NCBI GenBank assembly: GCA_965235115.1
Contig: OZ249439.1
Span: 8,122,001 to 8,186,000, forward strand
Direction of reading: 5' to 3'
From: Laetmonice hystrix
Taxonomy: Eukaryota
Length of the DNA stretch: 64,000 nucleotides
Shown here piece after piece: positions 58,861 through 64,000 of the stretch. The translations under genes were made by a program, and so were the position numbers. The notes beneath the pieces were generated by a model that was not told where the DNA came from, did not search any database, and was given only the letters and a program-made list of their open reading frames with translations. Numbering within the stretch: the first letter of the stretch is position 1; each line of letters begins with the position of its first letter.

Positions 58861-59606
58861 ACATACTGCTACTACATACTACCGGGTAACAGTGTCTGGC
58901 TGAGGTTCGATATGTAAGTAATGAAAAATGCATGCGACACCTGCAATATATGGTCTAGACCACCACCGTTAGAAATTGCATGTTCTTCAATATATCAAAA
59001 CTGAAACCTGCAAAGCTGATATGCAACCTGCCCTGTGATCTCTCTATAAATCCTACTTAAATACTGTAAACCATCCGATGCAAAAGCTCTGTCGTCAATG
59101 CTCCTACAAACATCAGAAAATGAAGATTAACTGTTCTAACGCCCCCGGGGCGGCACCACCAGGAAACAAAGTTAAAAAGTTATGTGATATATGTTCCAAA
59201 AAGTCTCTCCCAGGGCCTAATGAAAAGCAGGCCATGTCAGTTGGCACTTTGAGCCCCGTTATTATATCTGGGATCTACTGTGTGATTTCCCAATGGACGT
59301 GGAGCTATAATGGCCAAAGTTACTCAGTATAACGGGGCGGCTAGCCTCAAGTCTTACCCTTAAATAAAGTATGCATAATACAGTGAAAGTACAAGCCATC
59401 ACTTAACCATACAAGTTACATGATTGAGTGGTAGGGCTACAGCTACTATTGTCATCCCTCAATTCTGGGGCCAGTAGCAAGTGAAAAACAGTCCACGGCG
59501 ACACCTGAATTAATCTGTAACAAAACTAATCATCTTTTGGTTACACCTGGGGGAGAATAAATGGATGAACTCGAGAAGGCCAGAGCTATAAATCAACGCT
59601 AGTTTT

Positions 59607-60751
59607 GTCAGGGACTGTGTGCTGCTTGCAGCCGGTCAGGGTGGGAGTCACGCCAGTCAAGGACTCTGTGCTGCTTGTAGCCGGTCAGGGTGGGAGTCAC
59701 GCCAGTCAGGGACTGTGTGCTGCTTGCAGCCGGTCAGGGTGGGAGTCACGCCAGTCAGGGACTGTGTGCTGCTTGCAGCCGGTCAGGGTGGGAGTCACGC
59801 CAGTCAGGGACTGTGTGCGGCTTGTAGCCGGTCAGGGTGGGAGTCACGCCAGTCAAGGACTCTGTGCTGCTTGCAGCCGGTCAGGGTGGGAGTCACGCCA
59901 GTCAAGGACTCTGTGCTGCTTGCAGCCGGTCAGGGTGGGAGTCACGCCAGTCAGGGACTGTGTGCGGCTTGTAGCCGGTCAGGGTGGAAGTCACGCCAGT
60001 CAGGGACTCTGTGCTGCTTGCAGCCGGTCAGGGTGGGAGTCACGCCAGTCAGGGACTGTGTGCGGCTTGTAGCCGGTCAGGGTGGGAGTCACGCCAGTCA
60101 GGGACTGTGTGCTGCTTGCAGCCGGTCAGGGTGGGAGTCACGCCAGTCAGGGACTGTGTGCTGCTTGCAGCCGGTCAGGGTGGGAGTCACGCCAGTCAGG
60201 GACTGTGTGCTGCTTGCAGCCGGTCAGGGTGGGAGTCACACCAGTCAGGGACTCTGTGCTGCTTACAGACGGTGAGGGTGGGAGTCACGCCAGTCAGGGA
60301 CTGTGTGCTGCTTGTAGCCGGTCAGGGTGGGAGTCACGCCAGTCAGGGACTGTGTGCTGCTTGCAGCCGGTCAGGGTGGGAGTCACGCCAGTCAGGGACT
60401 GTGTGCTGCTTGCAGCCGGTCAGGGTGGGAGTCACGCCAGTCAGGGACTGTGTGCTGCTTGCAGCCGGTCAGGGTGGGAGTCACGCCAGTCAGGGACTGT
60501 GTGCTGCTTGCAGCCGGTCAGGGTGGGAGTCACGCCAGTCAAGGACTCTGTGCTGCTTGTAGCCGGTCAGGGTGGGAGTCACGCCAGTCAGGGACTGTGT
60601 GCTGCTTGTAGCCGGTCAGGGTGGGAGTCACGCCAGTCAGGGACTGTGTGCTGCTTGCAGCCGGTCAGGGTGGGAGTCACGCCAGTCAGGGACTCTGTGC
60701 TGCTTGCAGCCGGTCAGGGTGGAAGTCACGCCAGTCAGGGACTGTGTGCTG
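59607..60751. repeat. 49-bp minisatellite (about 23 copies)
   Basis: gtcagggactgtgtgctgcttgcagccggtcagggtgggagtcacgcca. Confidence 0.97.
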
Positions 60752-61841
60752 GGGTGACAGAAAGCCTACCCTCGCCCCTTCCCATCACCCCTTGGTGAAT
60801 TATCCATAGCAAAGATCAAAGGGTCCTTCCTCCTGATGACAGAGCCGAACGGGAGGTAAAACTGATCAGACGCCTTGTTCTTGCCTCAACCGGTCTCTCT
60901 TACATTATTGACCAACAAGCTGCTCGCAGACCACCTCCACTATGACGGCTCACTGAACTCGGCCTAACAAACACGTTTTGTCCCTGATCGTTACTGTCGT
61001 AATGAAGAAATATGCAACATTTAATGCGCTGTTGTCAACCCTTGTTACCAGATGATTTATCATGGCCTTTGCTTCAATCTCTATTAATTCTCATTCTTGC
61101 CTTTATTAAATTCTTCTTTTATAAATATGTTCTCTGAACGATCCGAAACGCAACACAAGGTCATTGATCCGGTATGCATAGACGATAAGTTTCAAAGGTT
61201 TGATCTAGGCCTACAAGGTGATTGTTCCAATGAATCTAATAAATGAGCAATTGAAACTCTTCCCTTAACTGTCCTTCAAACAGTCTCCCACTGTTTGGTT
61301 GTCTTACAGTTTCCTTTCTACATGTAATCCAATCACTGAGACACACACACACACAGGGCTGCCTGCCTCTAAAACGGCGCACGGGATGAACAGAAATACC
61401 CAACCTTTTGGCTCCCGCGGCCATCGTCAGGCACGCACGCAGTCTGAGTAACCGGCACTAGGGGGCGCCACAAACAAATAACACCGCTGCCCCTAGCGGT
61501 TACAAGCAACACTACCTATACAATGCACCACGAAGAGAGTGTTTTTAAAACACCCGAGTACTGTAGCACTTATGCTGCCATTAATCAGGATTTGAAGTAG
61601 AAAACTACTCACCTTTTTGGCTTCTTTTTCTTTTCCTTAATGGAACTGTTTTTCGCTCTGAAAAGAAAAACCGACACATTATCAACGGGCCAGATCCTGT
61701 TTATGTCTGAATGCGCCTGCTGTTTTTGTCCAAACAAGTCACATAACAGTCAGTTTAAAATCTTGACAATACAGCGATAGAGAAAAACCAGCAACAAAAA
61801 CTGCATTCATGAATCCGAACAGTCTGATTTCCAGGAGAATA

Positions 61842-63452
61842 ATAGCCCTGCCCATGTCATTCCGTGCCGGAACGATAGCCCTGCCCATGTCATTTAGTCC
61901 CGGAACGATAGCCCTGCCCATGTCATTTAGTCCCGGAACGATAGCCCTGCCCATGTCATTTAGTCCCGGAACGATAGCCCTGCCCATGTCATTCCGTCCC
62001 GGAAAGATAGCCTGCCCATGTCATTTAGTCCCGGGACGATAGCCCTGCCCATGTCATTTAGTCCCGGAAACATAGCCCTGCCTATGTCATTCAGTCCCGG
62101 AACGATAGCCCTGCCCATGTCATTTAGTCCCGGAACGATAGCCCTGCCCATGTCATTTAGTCCCGGAACGATAGCCCTGCCCATGTCATTTAGTCCCGGG
62201 ACGATAGCCCTGCCCATGTCATTTAGTCCCGGAACGATAGCCCTGCCCATGTCATTTAGTCCCGGAACGATAGCCCTGCCCATGTCATTCCGTCCCGGAA
62301 GGATAGCCCTGCCCATGTCATTCCGTCCCGGAACGATAGCCCTGCCCATGTCATTTAGTCCCGGGACGATAGCCCTGCCCATGTCATTTAGTCCCGGAAA
62401 GATAGCCTGCCCATGTCATTTAGTCCCGGAACGATAGCCCTGCCCATGTCATTTAGTCCCGGAACGATAGCCCTGCCCATGTCATTCATTCCCGGAACGA
62501 TAGCCCTGCCCATGTCATTTAAATTAGTCCCGGAACGATAGCCCTGCCCATGTCATTCCGTCCCGGAATAATAGCCCTGCCCATGTCATTTAGTCCCGGG
62601 ACGGTAGCCCTGCCCATGTCATTTAGTCCCGGGACGATAGCCCTGCCCGTGTCATTTAGTCCCGGAACGATAGCCCTGCCCATGTCATTTAGTCCCGGAA
62701 CGATAGCCCTGCCCATGTCATTTAGTCCCGGAATAATAGCCCTGCCCATGTCATTCCGTCCCGGAACGATAGCCCTGCCCATGTCATTCCGTCCCGGAAC
62801 GATAGCCCTGCCCATGTCATTTAGTCCCGGGACGATAGCCCTGCCCATGTCATTTAGTCCCGGGACGATAGCCCTGCCCATGTCATTTAGTCCCGGGACG
62901 ATAGCCCTGCCCATGTCATTTAGTCCCGGAAAGATAGCCTGCCCATGTCATTTAGTCCCGGAACGATAGCCCTGCCCATGTCATTTAGTCCCGGAACGAT
63001 AGCCCTGCCCATGTCATTTAGTCCCGGAACGATAGCCCTGCCCATGTCATTTAGTCCCGGAACGATAGCCCTGCCCATGTCATTCCGTCCCGGAACGATA
63101 GCCCTGCCCATGTCATTTAGTCCCGGAACGATAGCCCTGCCCATGTCATTCCGTCCCGGAACGATAGCCCTGCCCATGTCATTCCGTCCCGGAACGATAG
63201 CCCTGCCCATGTCATTTAGTCCCGGGACGATAGCCCTGCCCATGTCATTCCGTCCCGGAACGATAGCCCTGCCCATGTCATTTAGTCCCGGAACGATAGC
63301 CCTGCCCATGTCATTTAGTCCCGGGACGATAGCCCTGCCCATGTCATTTAGTCCCGGAACGATAGCCCTGCCCATGTCATTTAGTCCCGGAACGATAGCC
63401 CTGCCCATGTCATTTAGTCCCGGAACGATAGCCCTGCCCATGTCATTCCGTC
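61842..63452. repeat. 33-bp minisatellite (about 49 copies)
   Basis: atagccctgcccatgtcatttagtcccggaacg. Confidence 0.97.
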
Positions 63453-64000
63453 GATCACTCTAACTCCAAGCTCCAAATCTTTTTGGTGCTAGCAATCCTA
63501 ACATCAGGACATCCGGCGGTTTTTTTTACACTGTTAATAAACTCCATCTTTTATGGTCGTTCCGTAAGTGGTAAAGAGCTTTTAAAGTAGGTTATAAATC
63601 AGGAAATGACAAAAGCAGAGTTTTCTGCCTAGTATTGGTATTTCTGTAACCTCCCTTCCAAAGGCCATCGCCGGGGTGAGAGATAAGGTACTGATAGAAG
63701 TTGTGAAGATCACAGGGCACCGCATACCGTACGTCGGTTTGATCCACACAATATGATGGCGTGCATCTTGTGACTGGCAATGAATCAAGTGCCACTGCTC
63801 CGAGTGATTGCCTCCACCGTCAAGTGTGACGGGGTATTGTCCGGCCGGCCTGATACAAATCGCCAATTCCATATACTACTCAGCTGTAGTCTTGCCGGCG
63901 TCACAATTCAGCAATCCCAGGCGTAGCCATCACAATGCCGGGCTCAGCCGTATCGTCATCCCTCCACAGACAGTCTATGAATTATGCCATCTCGATTTAA

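Noticed and set aside
59605-63463. Repeat ORFs in the 49-bp and 33-bp arrays
   Set aside because: Open on both strands or in all frames purely from unit sequence.
1-64000. tRNA, rRNA or other structured RNA genes
   Set aside because: No cloverleaf, A/B-box pair or rRNA-like sequence recognised by eye; tRNAscan-SE and Infernal would be needed to exclude them.

Overview
Eukaryotic, probably invertebrate metazoan, genomic DNA (inferred from the element families and repeat landscape); no prokaryotic genes, RNA genes or CRISPR array are supported. The dominant feature is a complete, very young 11,812-bp Ty3/Gypsy LTR element on the minus strand (2148-13959). It has apparently identical 456-bp LTRs and a 4-bp TATG target duplication, and it sits inside a 55-bp satellite array. 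It encodes gag (CCHC knuckle); pol, reached by a -1 frameshift signal, with protease, a degenerate dUTPase-like fold, RT, RNase H, integrase and a chromo-like tail; and an F-type (baculovirus-F/errantivirus-like) env, so it looks like an invertebrate endogenous retrovirus. The env has several unusual features: its ATG is separated from the main ORF by a predicted 163-nt GT-AG intron; it continues about 250 aa past the normal membrane anchor with a second transmembrane segment and a terminal LYPxL late-domain motif; and it is followed at once by a GTAAGT site and a templated A38 tract. One missing base splits pol in this copy. The remaining ~50 kb holds about 20 unrelated minisatellite arrays (~17.6 kb in the whole window, ~27%), a Helentron-type and a Harbinger-type non-autonomous element, degenerate TE relics, and pieces of an unidentified minus-strand host gene. 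Almost all other long ORFs in the track are repeat artefacts.
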